A stretch of 35,384 bases of DNA from an uncultured Methanosarcinales archaeon (GCA_964434475.1 CAYSVS010000008.1:1-35384); one strand, 5' to 3'. Shown: positions 21,236 to 30,597, numbered from the stretch's first letter. The notes: generated by a model from the letters alone, not told the origin. A program made the numbers and translations.

Positions 21236-21943
21236 ATGTTGGGAATTTTTAATAATAACAGATTCAAAAGAGTACATAGAGTTATATCTTATATAGACGA
21301 TAGAACCAAAAACATATTAGAATGGATTAAATTCTTTAATCACAGACACGAAGAACACGATAAAAGACTAGATATTATAGAGCAAAAGCTCACTTTAATA
21401 CCTTCTGAACAAGATATTAAGAGTTTGATAGATATGCACTATCTTAATCATGATGTAAGAAACAGACTTAACATACTACACGGAAGGATAGAGAATATGT
21501 CTATAGTACACCAACATGTACCAGAAAGGATAAGATATTTACATGAAAAGATAAAAAGAATAGAGCAAAAACACTCACTTTTGCTTGAAAAACATGAAAT
21601 TTTAAAAGATATGCATAAAGAATTAGCCAAAAAACCCGCAGAAAAACCAACAATAAAAGACATTAAAACAGAGCAAAAGTCTCACTTCAAGGAAAAACTG
21701 ATAGTAAATCTTGCAAAAAACAGCAAAAATTATGTTAAAGGAACAATAGTTAATCTGATCAAAAAATATGAAAAAATGAATGGTGCAAAAATCAAAGAGA
21801 TAATTGTTGATGAACAAAAGCTATGCTCTAAAAGTTCACTTTATAGAATACTATCTGAAATAGAACAAGAATACCCCTTAAATGTAGCCAGAAAAGGCAA
21901 AGACAAAATGTTTTCTTTCGGCAAAATTTTCGCAGAAAATTAG
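21236..21943 (+). CDS. Coiled-coil protein with C-terminal winged-HTH-like domain
   Basis: Heptad-rich N-terminal half; KIKEIIVDEQKLCSKSSLYRILSEIE pattern; divergent from the previous gene. Confidence 0.72.
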   Translation: MLGIFNNNRFKRVHRVISYIDDRTKNILEWIKFFNHRHEEHDKRLDIIEQKLTLIPSEQDIKSLIDMHYLNHDVRNRLNILHGRIENMSIVHQHVPERIRYLHEKIKRIEQKHSLLLEKHEILKDMHKELAKKPAEKPTIKDIKTEQKSHFKEKLIVNLAKNSKNYVKGTIVNLIKKYEKMNGAKIKEIIVDEQKLCSKSSLYRILSEIEQEYPLNVARKGKDKMFSFGKIFAEN

Positions 21944-21988
21944 TCTATTTTTACAACTAAAAATTGTTAGCAAATACTAAATAAAGCG

Positions 21989-22172
21989 ATAGTCCCAAGC
22001 ACGTTTTGGGACAGTCCCAGGACTATTCTGGGACTATCCCAGGACTATTCTGGGACTATTTTAACAACCAAAAAAACAATAATATAGACGACAAGACACA
22101 TAGTCCCATAGTCCCAAGCTAGGACCATCCCAGGACTATTCTGGGACTATCCCAGGACTATTCTGGGACTAA
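21989..22172. repeat. Two iteron-like arrays of 5 x 11-bp RGGACTATYCY units, each preceded by an inverted copy
   Basis: Array 1 at 22008-22062, array 2 at 22121-22172; alternating GGGACTATCCC and AGGACTATTCT; ATAGTCCCAAGC at 21989 and 22108. Confidence 0.92.
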
Positions 22173-22344
22173 GAAAAATATCTGCAATAAAACAAAAAAA
22201 AAGAAAAATACCAAAAAAGCAAAGACAAAATAAGCCTAAAAAAACACAAAAAGAGTTACATTAAAATAAGATCAAAACATTACAAAAAATTAGCTTAAGT
22301 TCATACACAAAAACAATAAACAAGTACAAAAGTGACACACCAAA

Positions 22345-22983
22345 ATGGCAAAAAAACTGACAAAATCAAGACTAGGCATCATTTTATCACAGCTAAAAGG
22401 CTTTGAACAGCCAAAAGTGAGGGTTGAACAATACATAACAGAGCCAGAAATAGCTGCAGAAATACTATGGAATGCATATATGTTAGGAGATATAGAGGGT
22501 AAAGCGATAATAGATGCAGGCTGCGGCACAGGAATATTAGGAATAGGCGCATTAATATTGGGCGCAAGCAAGGTTTATTTCATAGATATAGATAAAAGTG
22601 CACTAAAAATACTTAAAGATAACATAAATAAAACAAAAAGTGAGCACAATATAGAAGATCAAAGCTATGAAATACATAATAAAGATATAAAAGAGACAGA
22701 AATAAAAGCAGACATTACAATTCAGAATCCGCCTTTCGGCATAAAAAACAAGCACGCAGACAAGATTTTCCTTGAAAAAGCTGTAAAAAACACAAAAACA
22801 ACATATTCATTCCATAAAAGTGAGAGCCAAGGCTTTGTTTCAGCATTCTGCAAAGACAATGATTGCATAATTGATGCAATCTGGATGTTTAATTTCCCTT
22901 TAAAACAAACATATTCTTTCCATAAGAAAAGAATACAGATGATAAATGTAAGTTGTTTCAAGATAGTACGACGCAAGACATAG
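22345..22983 (+). CDS. METTL5-family SAM-dependent methyltransferase
   Basis: EQYIT, DAGCGTGILG and QNPPFG motifs; TYSFHKK near the C-terminus. Confidence 0.93.
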   Translation: MAKKLTKSRLGIILSQLKGFEQPKVRVEQYITEPEIAAEILWNAYMLGDIEGKAIIDAGCGTGILGIGALILGASKVYFIDIDKSALKILKDNINKTKSEHNIEDQSYEIHNKDIKETEIKADITIQNPPFGIKNKHADKIFLEKAVKNTKTTYSFHKSESQGFVSAFCKDNDCIIDAIWMFNFPLKQTYSFHKKRIQMINVSCFKIVRRKT

Positions 22984-23043
22984 AAACATTTTTAAATAAA
23001 ACACAATTTCAAGCACTAGCAATCAACAATCAGGGGGAATAAA

Positions 23044-23310
23044 ATGGAGCTAAAAATAATAGAAGAAAGCAAAAATAAGCTATTGCTTGAGATAAAAGGC
23101 GAAAACAACACATTCTGCAACGCCCTTAAAGAAGAACTTTACAATAACAAAAAAGTTAAGACAGCAAGCTATAAGGTAAAGCATCCTTTGGTAGGCAAAA
23201 TCACCATGCTTGTAGAAACAACATCAGGAGAAGACCCTAAAAAAGCTCTTGCTGACGCTTCAAAAAAACTTAAGAAAAACGCAGACAAGTTCAAATCTTT
23301 AATAAAATGA
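23044..23310 (+). CDS. rpoL: DNA-directed RNA polymerase subunit L (Rpo11)
   Basis: GENNTFCNALKEEL and ASYKVKHPL motifs. Confidence 0.93.
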   Translation: MELKIIEESKNKLLLEIKGENNTFCNALKEELYNNKKVKTASYKVKHPLVGKITMLVETTSGEDPKKALADASKKLKKNADKFKSLIK

Positions 23311-23882
23311 ACATTGAACAAGGTAAAAAACTAATAGGTTTAGCAAAAAAAACCATACGTTCTGAGCTATCCAAAGAAGATTTGGATATCGAAAAAAACA
23401 TAAAAAAAGATTTTGATAAAAAACAAGGAGTCTTTGTCACCATAACAATAGATAAACAACTAAGAGGATGCATAGGAATCCCTTACCCTACAGAAAAGTT
23501 GTGGAAAAACTTGATCAGCTCAGCTAAATCTGCAGCTTTCAAAGATCCCAGATTTAGGCCATTGACAAAAGAAGAGTTTGAAAATATTGAAATAGAGGTT
23601 TCTGTTCTTACAGAACCTAAGCGAATAAGCCCCATAAACAATAAAAATTTGAAAGAAAAGATCAAAATAGGTAAAGACGGCCTTATAATAAAAAAAGGTT
23701 TGAATTCAGGCTTATTGCTGCCTCAAGTTGCAACAGAGCAAAGATGGGATGCAAAAACATTTATCGAACAAACATGCACAAAAGCAGGATTAGATATCGA
23801 CGAATGGAAAGATTCTGAAATTTATACATTTCAAGCAGATATATTCAGCGAAAAAAAAGGCAACATCATAAAGAAAGGATAA
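23307..23882 (+). CDS. AMMECR1 family protein
   Basis: GVFVT, LRGCIG, AAFKDPRF, EVSVLT and GLLLPQVA motifs. Confidence 0.95.
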   Translation: MNIEQGKKLIGLAKKTIRSELSKEDLDIEKNIKKDFDKKQGVFVTITIDKQLRGCIGIPYPTEKLWKNLISSAKSAAFKDPRFRPLTKEEFENIEIEVSVLTEPKRISPINNKNLKEKIKIGKDGLIIKKGLNSGLLLPQVATEQRWDAKTFIEQTCTKAGLDIDEWKDSEIYTFQADIFSEKKGNIIKKG

Positions 23883-23884
23883 AA

Positions 23885-24583
23885 ATGCCATTACCAAAAC
23901 ACATAGGAATAATCATGGATGGAAACAGAAGGTTTGCTAAAAGACTAATGTTAAAACCATGGAAAGGCCACGAATGGGGAGCCACAAAAGTTGAAAAGAT
24001 AATAGAATGGTGCATAGAAAAGAAGGTCAAGGAATTAACCCTATACACGCTTTCTGTAGAAAACTTCAATTCAAGGCCTAAAGAAGAGCTCGAATACCTT
24101 ATGAAAATATTCAAAGAAAATTTTGCAAAACTCAGGGAAGATAAACAAGTTAATGAAAAAGGCATAAAGGTTAATTTCATAGGAAGACTGCATATGTTCG
24201 ATAATGAACTGCAAGGATTGATGAAAGATCTTATGGAAAATACAAAACATAATTCCAGTTTTACTGTTAACTTTGCTGTAGCTTATGGAGGAAGAACCGA
24301 GGTTGTAGACGCAGTAATAAAGATTGCAAAGCAGGTAAAAGAAGGCAAACTAAACATCGATCAGATCAATGAAGATGTATTTGCAGACAACCTCTATATT
24401 CCTAATGATTTAGATTTCATAATAAGGACAGGAGGAAACATAAGGACAAGCAACTTCCTGCCTTATCAAAGCGCTTATTCTGAATGGTTCTTTATAGATA
24501 AAATGTTTCCTGAATTTGAAAAAGAAGATTTCATCAGATGCTATGAGCAGTTCTCAAACAGAAAAAGAAGATTTGGGAAGTAA
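23885..24583 (+). CDS. uppS: cis-Prenyltransferase (undecaprenyl diphosphate synthase family)
   Basis: HIGIIMDGNRR, SVEN, YGGR, IIRTGG, RTSNFL and RRFGK motifs. Confidence 0.96.
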   Translation: MPLPKHIGIIMDGNRRFAKRLMLKPWKGHEWGATKVEKIIEWCIEKKVKELTLYTLSVENFNSRPKEELEYLMKIFKENFAKLREDKQVNEKGIKVNFIGRLHMFDNELQGLMKDLMENTKHNSSFTVNFAVAYGGRTEVVDAVIKIAKQVKEGKLNIDQINEDVFADNLYIPNDLDFIIRTGGNIRTSNFLPYQSAYSEWFFIDKMFPEFEKEDFIRCYEQFSNRKRRFGK

Positions 24584-24585
24584 AG

Positions 24586-25089
24586 TCATTTGCATAAATA
24601 AAAATAAGGTATTTCTATTTCAAGCAATTTTGCCATATTATATGTCCTTTCTTTTGAAAACTTCTCTTTAAAAAAGTCCAAAGCAGAAGAAGGATCATAA
24701 CCCGCCAATCTTGCTAAAACTACACCTAAAACATCAGCTTCAGATTCATTTTTTTCATAATTATCCGCAGTATCTATACTTAGATTATCTATCAACTTTT
24801 GATCTTTATTTGACAATTGTGACGTAGAGACCACATAATGAAAATATTCATGCCCTATTATGAAAGAGATAATACCTTCCTTTGAGCCTTTACTTTTCTC
24901 AATCGCAGATATAAGAGAAGTCTTAAAATAAAATGCATCTTTCCAAGCTTCTGCTAATCCTTTTACAGGATAAGGATAATCAGTCTCAGAATATATCGCA
25001 TAATCACTTATAACTACACCAAATCTAGGTTTATCTATGTCCAGAATATCTGAAATATTTTTATATGCTTTGTTAAGTTCCTGTTCCAT
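24586..25089 (-). CDS. M48-like zinc metallopeptidase
   Basis: FIIGHEYFH (HExxH) followed by ESEADVLG...AGYDPSSA. Confidence 0.75.
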   Translation of the reverse strand: MEQELNKAYKNISDILDIDKPRFGVVISDYAIYSETDYPYPVKGLAEAWKDAFYFKTSLISAIEKSKGSKEGIISFIIGHEYFHYVVSTSQLSNKDQKLIDNLSIDTADNYEKNESEADVLGVVLARLAGYDPSSALDFFKEKFSKERTYNMAKLLEIEIPYFYLCK

Positions 25090-26156
25090 TAATAATCCCT
25101 CCTCAAAATATAATCTGCAATTCCTATAAGGAATTCTTTAGCTTCTTGGTTAGCTTCAAGCTCTTTCAGATTCTTGTTTGCTTTCTCTATCAATTCTTTT
25201 GCAATATTCAAAGAATATTCTTTTGAACCTGTTATCTCTATTATTTTCTTGAAATCTTCTATATCCTGGACAGTTATATTTTTGTTACCAATACAATAGT
25301 CCAATCTTTTCTTCTGCTCTTCATCAGCAGCTTCATAGGCCTTTAATGTCAATAATGTCTTTTTACCTTCTGTTATGTCTGAACCTATAGGTTTACCTAG
25401 ATTTTTCTCATCTCCAAAAACACCAAGAATATCGTCCTGTATCTGGAACGCTTGTCCCAAAGGGACAGAGTATCTTGACAAGGTTTCGATATCATCCTTA
25501 GATGCTCCAGCAAGCAATGCACCTATGACCAAAGGTGCTTCGATAGTATATCTAGATGTTTTCAGTTTATGTATCTTAAAAACTGTCTCAACTTTAGTAT
25601 CGTCATTTACCTCACTTAAAACATCAAGAGCCTGGCCGTTTATAACATCCATTATAAGCCTGTTCATATGCTTTATTGCAGCTAGTTTATATCTATCTTC
25701 TAGATTGATATCTGCAAGTATCTCATTAGCCATATGGCAGCAGATGTCTCCTGCTATTATCGCCATAGAAGCACCAAAATGTTCTTTGTTATCTTTTAGA
25801 TTTTCTTCTGTATGGTAAGCTTCATACATCTTATGCATTGTCGGCTTTCCCCTTCTTAAGCTGTCCCTATCCATTATATCATCATGTATAAGAAGATAGC
25901 TCTGGATAAGCTCGATACACATAGAAGCTTTTATCACTTGGTCTAATTTGTTATCTTTAAACAACCTATAGCCATAATAGATCAAAGCAGCACGTATCCT
26001 TTTGCCGCCTCTTAATGTGTATTCTTTGATTAATTCCAACATCTCTTTTGCAGAACTGTCAACAAGTTCAGCTTTCTCAAGCTCTTGATTGAAATAATCT
26101 TCAAGACTCTTGTCAACTAATTCCTTGTATTCTTTTAATAGCAGTATAGCACTCAT
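25089..26156 (-). CDS. idsA: Short-chain trans-polyprenyl diphosphate synthase (GGPP/FPP synthase)
   Basis: GGKRIR, YLLIHDDIMD (aromatic residue at -5), RRGKPT, GQALD, KT and FQIQDDILG motifs. Probable start 26156 (ATGA overlap). Confidence 0.93.
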   Translation of the reverse strand: MSAILLLKEYKELVDKSLEDYFNQELEKAELVDSSAKEMLELIKEYTLRGGKRIRAALIYYGYRLFKDNKLDQVIKASMCIELIQSYLLIHDDIMDRDSLRRGKPTMHKMYEAYHTEENLKDNKEHFGASMAIIAGDICCHMANEILADINLEDRYKLAAIKHMNRLIMDVINGQALDVLSEVNDDTKVETVFKIHKLKTSRYTIEAPLVIGALLAGASKDDIETLSRYSVPLGQAFQIQDDILGVFGDEKNLGKPIGSDITEGKKTLLTLKAYEAADEEQKKRLDYCIGNKNITVQDIEDFKKIIEITGSKEYSLNIAKELIEKANKNLKELEANQEAKEFLIGIADYILRRDY

Positions 26157-26965
26157 TTTAGGATGTATAACAAAGAAAAGATTATAAATGTTATGGAGCA
26201 TATGTTGAAAATTATCCTTAGCATCTTTTTTGTCGGATTGATTGAACTTATAGAGAAAAGTATCGCATTCATAGAAAGAAAATACAACACATAGATGTTC
26301 TTTATTCCAGAGAAGAATATTGTTATGAATTGAGTCAATATGGCATAATATATCGCAGTTCTTTTACCTATTATAACAGCAAATGTTTTCATGTTTGCTT
26401 TCTTGTCTGCTTCATAATCCAATGCTGTTGTGAAAGCATGTATGCCTGTTATCGCAAAAAGGATGTAATAAATTATGATAGGAATAGTCCTTTGAGAAAA
26501 ACTTGCCGCCAATAGTATAACTGAAAAAACTATAAACGCATTTGTTATAGAGTCTAAGATAGGTTTTTCCTTTAGCCTTAAAGGAGGGACTGAGTATGAG
26601 TAGGATAAAAATATAAATAAAGACATAGCTAAGATATTGTTCAGATTAAATGTAATAAAGCTCGAAAACAATAGCAATACTAACATTAAATAGGATAATT
26701 TTTTTATTCTTCTGAAATCGTTTTTGCTTACTATGGCACCTTCTATATTTCCTTTTCTTGAATTTATCTCATCACTTTTGTAATCGTAGATATCATTTAT
26801 TCCATAAATAAAAAAACAGAGAGGAAAGGTTAATACTAGTATTTGGATGATAATCTGAAGCGTGTAATCTATACCTATTAATTTCATATAAGCGATGTAT
26901 ATCAAAGGAGCAAACAACCAACCTATGGGTCTGCTTATCCTTATAGCTTTTCTTAGGTTCATCAA
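26153..26965 (-). CDS. UbiA-family prenyltransferase (CrtEb/LyeJ-like pattern)
   Basis: SRPIGW, YGINDIYDYKSD, YSVPPLRLKEKP and DYEADKKANMKT motifs; multi-TM. Confidence 0.88.
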   Translation of the reverse strand: MMNLRKAIRISRPIGWLFAPLIYIAYMKLIGIDYTLQIIIQILVLTFPLCFFIYGINDIYDYKSDEINSRKGNIEGAIVSKNDFRRIKKLSYLMLVLLLFSSFITFNLNNILAMSLFIFLSYSYSVPPLRLKEKPILDSITNAFIVFSVILLAASFSQRTIPIIIYYILFAITGIHAFTTALDYEADKKANMKTFAVIIGKRTAIYYAILTQFITIFFSGIKNIYVLYFLSMNAILFSISSINPTKKMLRIIFNICSITFIIFSLLYILK

Positions 26966-27024
26966 ATCCAGGATTAAAGAAGATTTTAAAAATATTTTTA
27001 TAGTATAAGATCAAAATAAGATAT

Positions 27025-27660
27025 ATGGACAAGTTGAATGAACAAAGTATAGAGGAAGAAAAATGGTACCAAGGACCTTTGAAATATATCATAGGAATAT
27101 TCTTGGTGTTTTTGATAACTTTGATGACTATACCATATTATGGGTTGAAGTTGAATCCAGAGCCTAACTATAATTTTGTTGAACTTGACTTCTATGACGA
27201 TAATTATACAAAGTTTGAAAGTATTCTTGATGTTCAAAATCTAGAGGTTTCACAAACAATACGTAACAATGCAGTCAAGATATCATCAGAGAGATGTCAA
27301 AGCTCAATAATATGTAATGCAAAAGCTTTATTCTATTTCGTAAGGGATGAGATAGACTACATACCTGATCCTAGTCGAGAATATGTACAGCACCCTATAG
27401 AAACTTTAAAATCTAGAGGGGGAGATTGCGAGGATAAGTCAATATTATTGGCAAATCTTTTGTCTGCAGTAGGGTTTAATACCAGATTTGCACTCACTTT
27501 TAACCATGCTTATGTACAAGTATGGATTCCAGATGCCATGGATAAATACAAAAGTGAGGATTCATGGATTTCATTGGATTCTGCTTGCGAATACTGCGAT
27601 TTTGGTGAAATTCCGCCAAAATACGTTAAAATGAGTAAAAATTATATTCATTTTAATTAA
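27025..27660 (+). CDS. Membrane-anchored transglutaminase-like (Cys-His-Asp) protein
   Basis: N-terminal TM; GGDCEDKSILL, NHAYVQV and WISLD motifs. Confidence 0.9.
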   Translation: MDKLNEQSIEEEKWYQGPLKYIIGIFLVFLITLMTIPYYGLKLNPEPNYNFVELDFYDDNYTKFESILDVQNLEVSQTIRNNAVKISSERCQSSIICNAKALFYFVRDEIDYIPDPSREYVQHPIETLKSRGGDCEDKSILLANLLSAVGFNTRFALTFNHAYVQVWIPDAMDKYKSEDSWISLDSACEYCDFGEIPPKYVKMSKNYIHFN

Positions 27661-28045
27661 GTATATATTTATTCTTGATTTACATACTTTTCTTCAGTTA
27701 GGCACTATTTAGAAAAGATATTAAAAAGTGAGAATTCAAGCAATATAAGACATGATAAAAGGTTTTAGGCGGTTTGAAAAGAAAGAAAAAACTTCTTTCC
27801 TAGTATATTCCATAGGCTTAATATCGAACCAAGATTAGAACCCCAAATACACAATTGTTCAATATTATTGTTGAACTAAATACATTAATGTTACTTTTAT
27901 ATCTAAATAGACATCTATAATATATTTGTCACAGTAATATAATATGATTTAGCACAAAATCCCGGGAAACCATAACCTTTATAAATAACCCCCTATTTCT
28001 GCTCATCATTCCCGTATTTACTATACGTTGTTATAGGAGGGCAAA

Positions 28046-28699
28046 ATGGATAAAAAAACTATTTATGAAACTTTAGATAAGCTAAAACAAGAAGATAAAA
28101 AAAGAAATTTTAATCAATCTTTTGATCTTATCGTTAATTTAAAGGATATTGATCTAAAAAAGACAGATAACCAAATAGAATTCTTTTTGCCGCTGCACTA
28201 TCCAAGAGGCAAACAACTAAAAGTTTGTGCATTAGTTGACACTGAACTTAAAGAAGAAGCTGAAAAGGTATGCGATAAAACAATCATGGCAGATGATTTT
28301 CAAAAATATGCTAAAGATAAGAAAGCAGCTAAAAAATTAGCTGATGAATTTGATATATTCATAGCACAAGCAACAATCATGCCAAAGGTAGCTTCTGCTT
28401 TCGGTAGAATATTTGGCCCAAGAGGAAAGATGCCTAATCCTAAGGGAGGATGTGTTGTTTCTCCTAAAGCAAACTTAAAGTCTTTATATGAAAAATTACA
28501 GAAACAATTGAAAATCAGCATAAAATCTACGCCATCATTCAAATGCAGCGTAGGAAAAGAAGACCAGAAAGCTGAAGAGGTCATAGATAATATAATTACT
28601 ATATATAATAATCTAATACACCATTTACCTGCTGAAAAGAACAATATCAAAAAAATGCTGCTTAAGCTTACTATGAGCAAGCCGATAGAGGTCAATTAA
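28046..28699 (+). CDS. rpl1: 50S ribosomal protein L1
   Basis: RNFNQSFDLIVNLK, FGPRGKMP and KLTMSKP motifs. Confidence 0.97.
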   Translation: MDKKTIYETLDKLKQEDKKRNFNQSFDLIVNLKDIDLKKTDNQIEFFLPLHYPRGKQLKVCALVDTELKEEAEKVCDKTIMADDFQKYAKDKKAAKKLADEFDIFIAQATIMPKVASAFGRIFGPRGKMPNPKGGCVVSPKANLKSLYEKLQKQLKISIKSTPSFKCSVGKEDQKAEEVIDNIITIYNNLIHHLPAEKNNIKKMLLKLTMSKPIEVN

Positions 28700-28700
28700 A

Positions 28701-30254
28701 ATGGCGCATGTTTCAGAATACAAAAAAAAGCTAGTAAAGGAATTTGTTAATCTTATCAAGCAATATCCTATAGTGGGGGCAGTAAACATGCAAGGATTAC
28801 CAGCACCCCAATTGCAGAAGATGAGAGCTTTGTTGAGAGATACAGTTGTTCTGAAAATGGCCAAAAGAAGATTGATCAATATAGCATTAGAAGAAGCTAA
28901 AGCAGATATAAAAGGGATAGAAAAATTAGAAGAGCATCTTGAAGGTATGCCTGCTTTATTATTCACTAAAGAAAATCCTTTTAAACTATATAAAAAACTG
29001 CAAAAGAATAAATCAAGCGCTCCTGCGAAAGGAGGACAGACAGCTCCTAAAGATATTGAAGTGAAAGCAGGACCAACATCTTTTATGCCTGGACCTATAA
29101 TCGGCGAACTAGGATCAGTCGGCATCAAATGCAGCGTCGAAGGCGGAAAGATTGCCATAAAAGAAGACTCTGTTGTTGTTAAAAAAGGTGAAGAGATAAC
29201 ACCAAAGGTTGCTGAAATATTGACAAGATTAGGGGTTGAGCCCATGGAAGTTGGCTTGGACTTAGTGGCAACATACGAAGACGGAACTGTTTTCACAAAG
29301 GACGTACTGGAAATAGATGAAACCGCATTCATAAATAAGATACATAATGCTGCAAGATGGGCTTTAAACCTAAGCATTGAATCAGCTTATCCTACTAAGG
29401 ACAATATTGAACTATTGGTAACCAAAGCATTTACAAACTCAAAAGGTTTGGCTTTGGAGCAGAACATAATGGCTGACGCTGTTGCTGAAGAATTACTGAC
29501 AAAAGCAGAAAGGCAGATGATCAACCTAAAAAATACAGCAAACATAGATGTAACTACTAAACCAAAAGAAGAAAGCAAAATAGAAGAAGTTAAGGAAAAG
29601 GTTGAAAAAGAGAAAAAGGAAGAAAAACCTGCTGAAGAGGTTAAAGAACCAGAACAGAAACAAGAAGATAACCCTAAACCAGAAGAAACTAAAACCGAGC
29701 AAAAAGAAACACCAACTGAACAAGCAAAAGAAGAGACAAAACAAGAACAAGCAGAAAAAAATAAAGAGATAGAAACAGAAGAAACTAAACAAAAACCCGA
29801 AGGTGTAGAACCTAAAAAAGAAGAAGATATCATAGCTGAGGCTGAAAAAGCATCAGAAGAAGATGAAAAAGTTCAAGCTGCAAAAGAGAATATTGAAGAA
29901 GATAAAAAAGAGATAAAAGAGCAGATGGAAGAAGATATCAAAGAAGCTCAGAATCCTGAAAAGAAAGAGGAACTTGAAGAAAGTAAAGAAGTTATAGAGA
30001 AAGAGATTGAAAAGGATTCAGCAAAAATAAAAAAAGAAGAGAAAGAAGCGCAGAATATACCTACAACAGATGAACTTGTAGAACAAACAAAAGATTTCAA
30101 TAAAAAGGACAAAGAGAAAGTACCTACAGCAAGTGATTTGTTGAAAGAAAAAAAAGAGGTTAAGGAAAAACCAGAGCCTGAGAAGGTGCCAAGCGCACAT
30201 GAACTTTTGGCAAAAAAGAAAAAGCACGAACAAAAATCAAATCTGGAAAAATAA
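28701..30254 (+). CDS. rpl10: 50S ribosomal protein L10/P0 with long acidic C-terminal extension
   Basis: AHVSEYKK, NPFKLY, AGPTSFMPGP and LGVEPMEVGL motifs, followed by about 230 aa of E/K-rich tail. Confidence 0.95.
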   Translation: MAHVSEYKKKLVKEFVNLIKQYPIVGAVNMQGLPAPQLQKMRALLRDTVVLKMAKRRLINIALEEAKADIKGIEKLEEHLEGMPALLFTKENPFKLYKKLQKNKSSAPAKGGQTAPKDIEVKAGPTSFMPGPIIGELGSVGIKCSVEGGKIAIKEDSVVVKKGEEITPKVAEILTRLGVEPMEVGLDLVATYEDGTVFTKDVLEIDETAFINKIHNAARWALNLSIESAYPTKDNIELLVTKAFTNSKGLALEQNIMADAVAEELLTKAERQMINLKNTANIDVTTKPKEESKIEEVKEKVEKEKKEEKPAEEVKEPEQKQEDNPKPEETKTEQKETPTEQAKEETKQEQAEKNKEIETEETKQKPEGVEPKKEEDIIAEAEKASEEDEKVQAAKENIEEDKKEIKEQMEEDIKEAQNPEKKEELEESKEVIEKEIEKDSAKIKKEEKEAQNIPTTDELVEQTKDFNKKDKEKVPTASDLLKEKKEVKEKPEPEKVPSAHELLAKKKKHEQKSNLEK

Positions 30255-30282
30255 TAATCACATTTCAAGGAGGTCATGAAAA

Positions 30283-30597
30283 ATGGAATATATATACGCT
30301 GCAATGTTATTGCACAAGGCTGGAAAGCCTGTTGATGAAACTACTGTTAAAAAAGTCTTAGAAGCTGCTGGAATTAGTGTTGATGACGCTAGAATTAAAG
30401 CATTGATTGCTGCTCTTGAAGGAGTCAATATTGATGAAGCTATAGAAAAAGCCAGTGTTGCTCCTGTAGCTGCGGCTGCAGTACCTGCTGCAAGTGAAGC
30501 AGCAGCACCTGCTGAAGAGAAAAAAGAAGAAAAGAAAGAAGAAAAGAAAAAAGATGATACTCAGGCAGCAGCAGGGCTAGGAGCTTTGTTTGGCTAA
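30283..30597 (+). CDS. rpl12: 50S ribosomal protein L12/P1
   Basis: [11 protein letters not shown] start, Ala-rich hinge, GLGALFG C-terminus. Confidence 0.97.
   Translation: MEYIYAAMLLHKAGKPVDETTVKKVLEAAGISVDDARIKALIAALEGVNIDEAIEKASVAPVAAAAVPAASEAAAPAEEKKEEKKEEKKKDDTQAAAGLGALFG

Noticed and set aside
21989..22172. Possible CRISPR array
   Set aside because: Contiguous 11-bp units with no unique spacers, and no cas genes nearby.
18600..22340. Canonical archaeal oriC with ORB boxes
   Set aside because: No TTCCAGTGGAAAC-G-string ORB consensus and no cdc6 gene; kept only as a non-canonical candidate.
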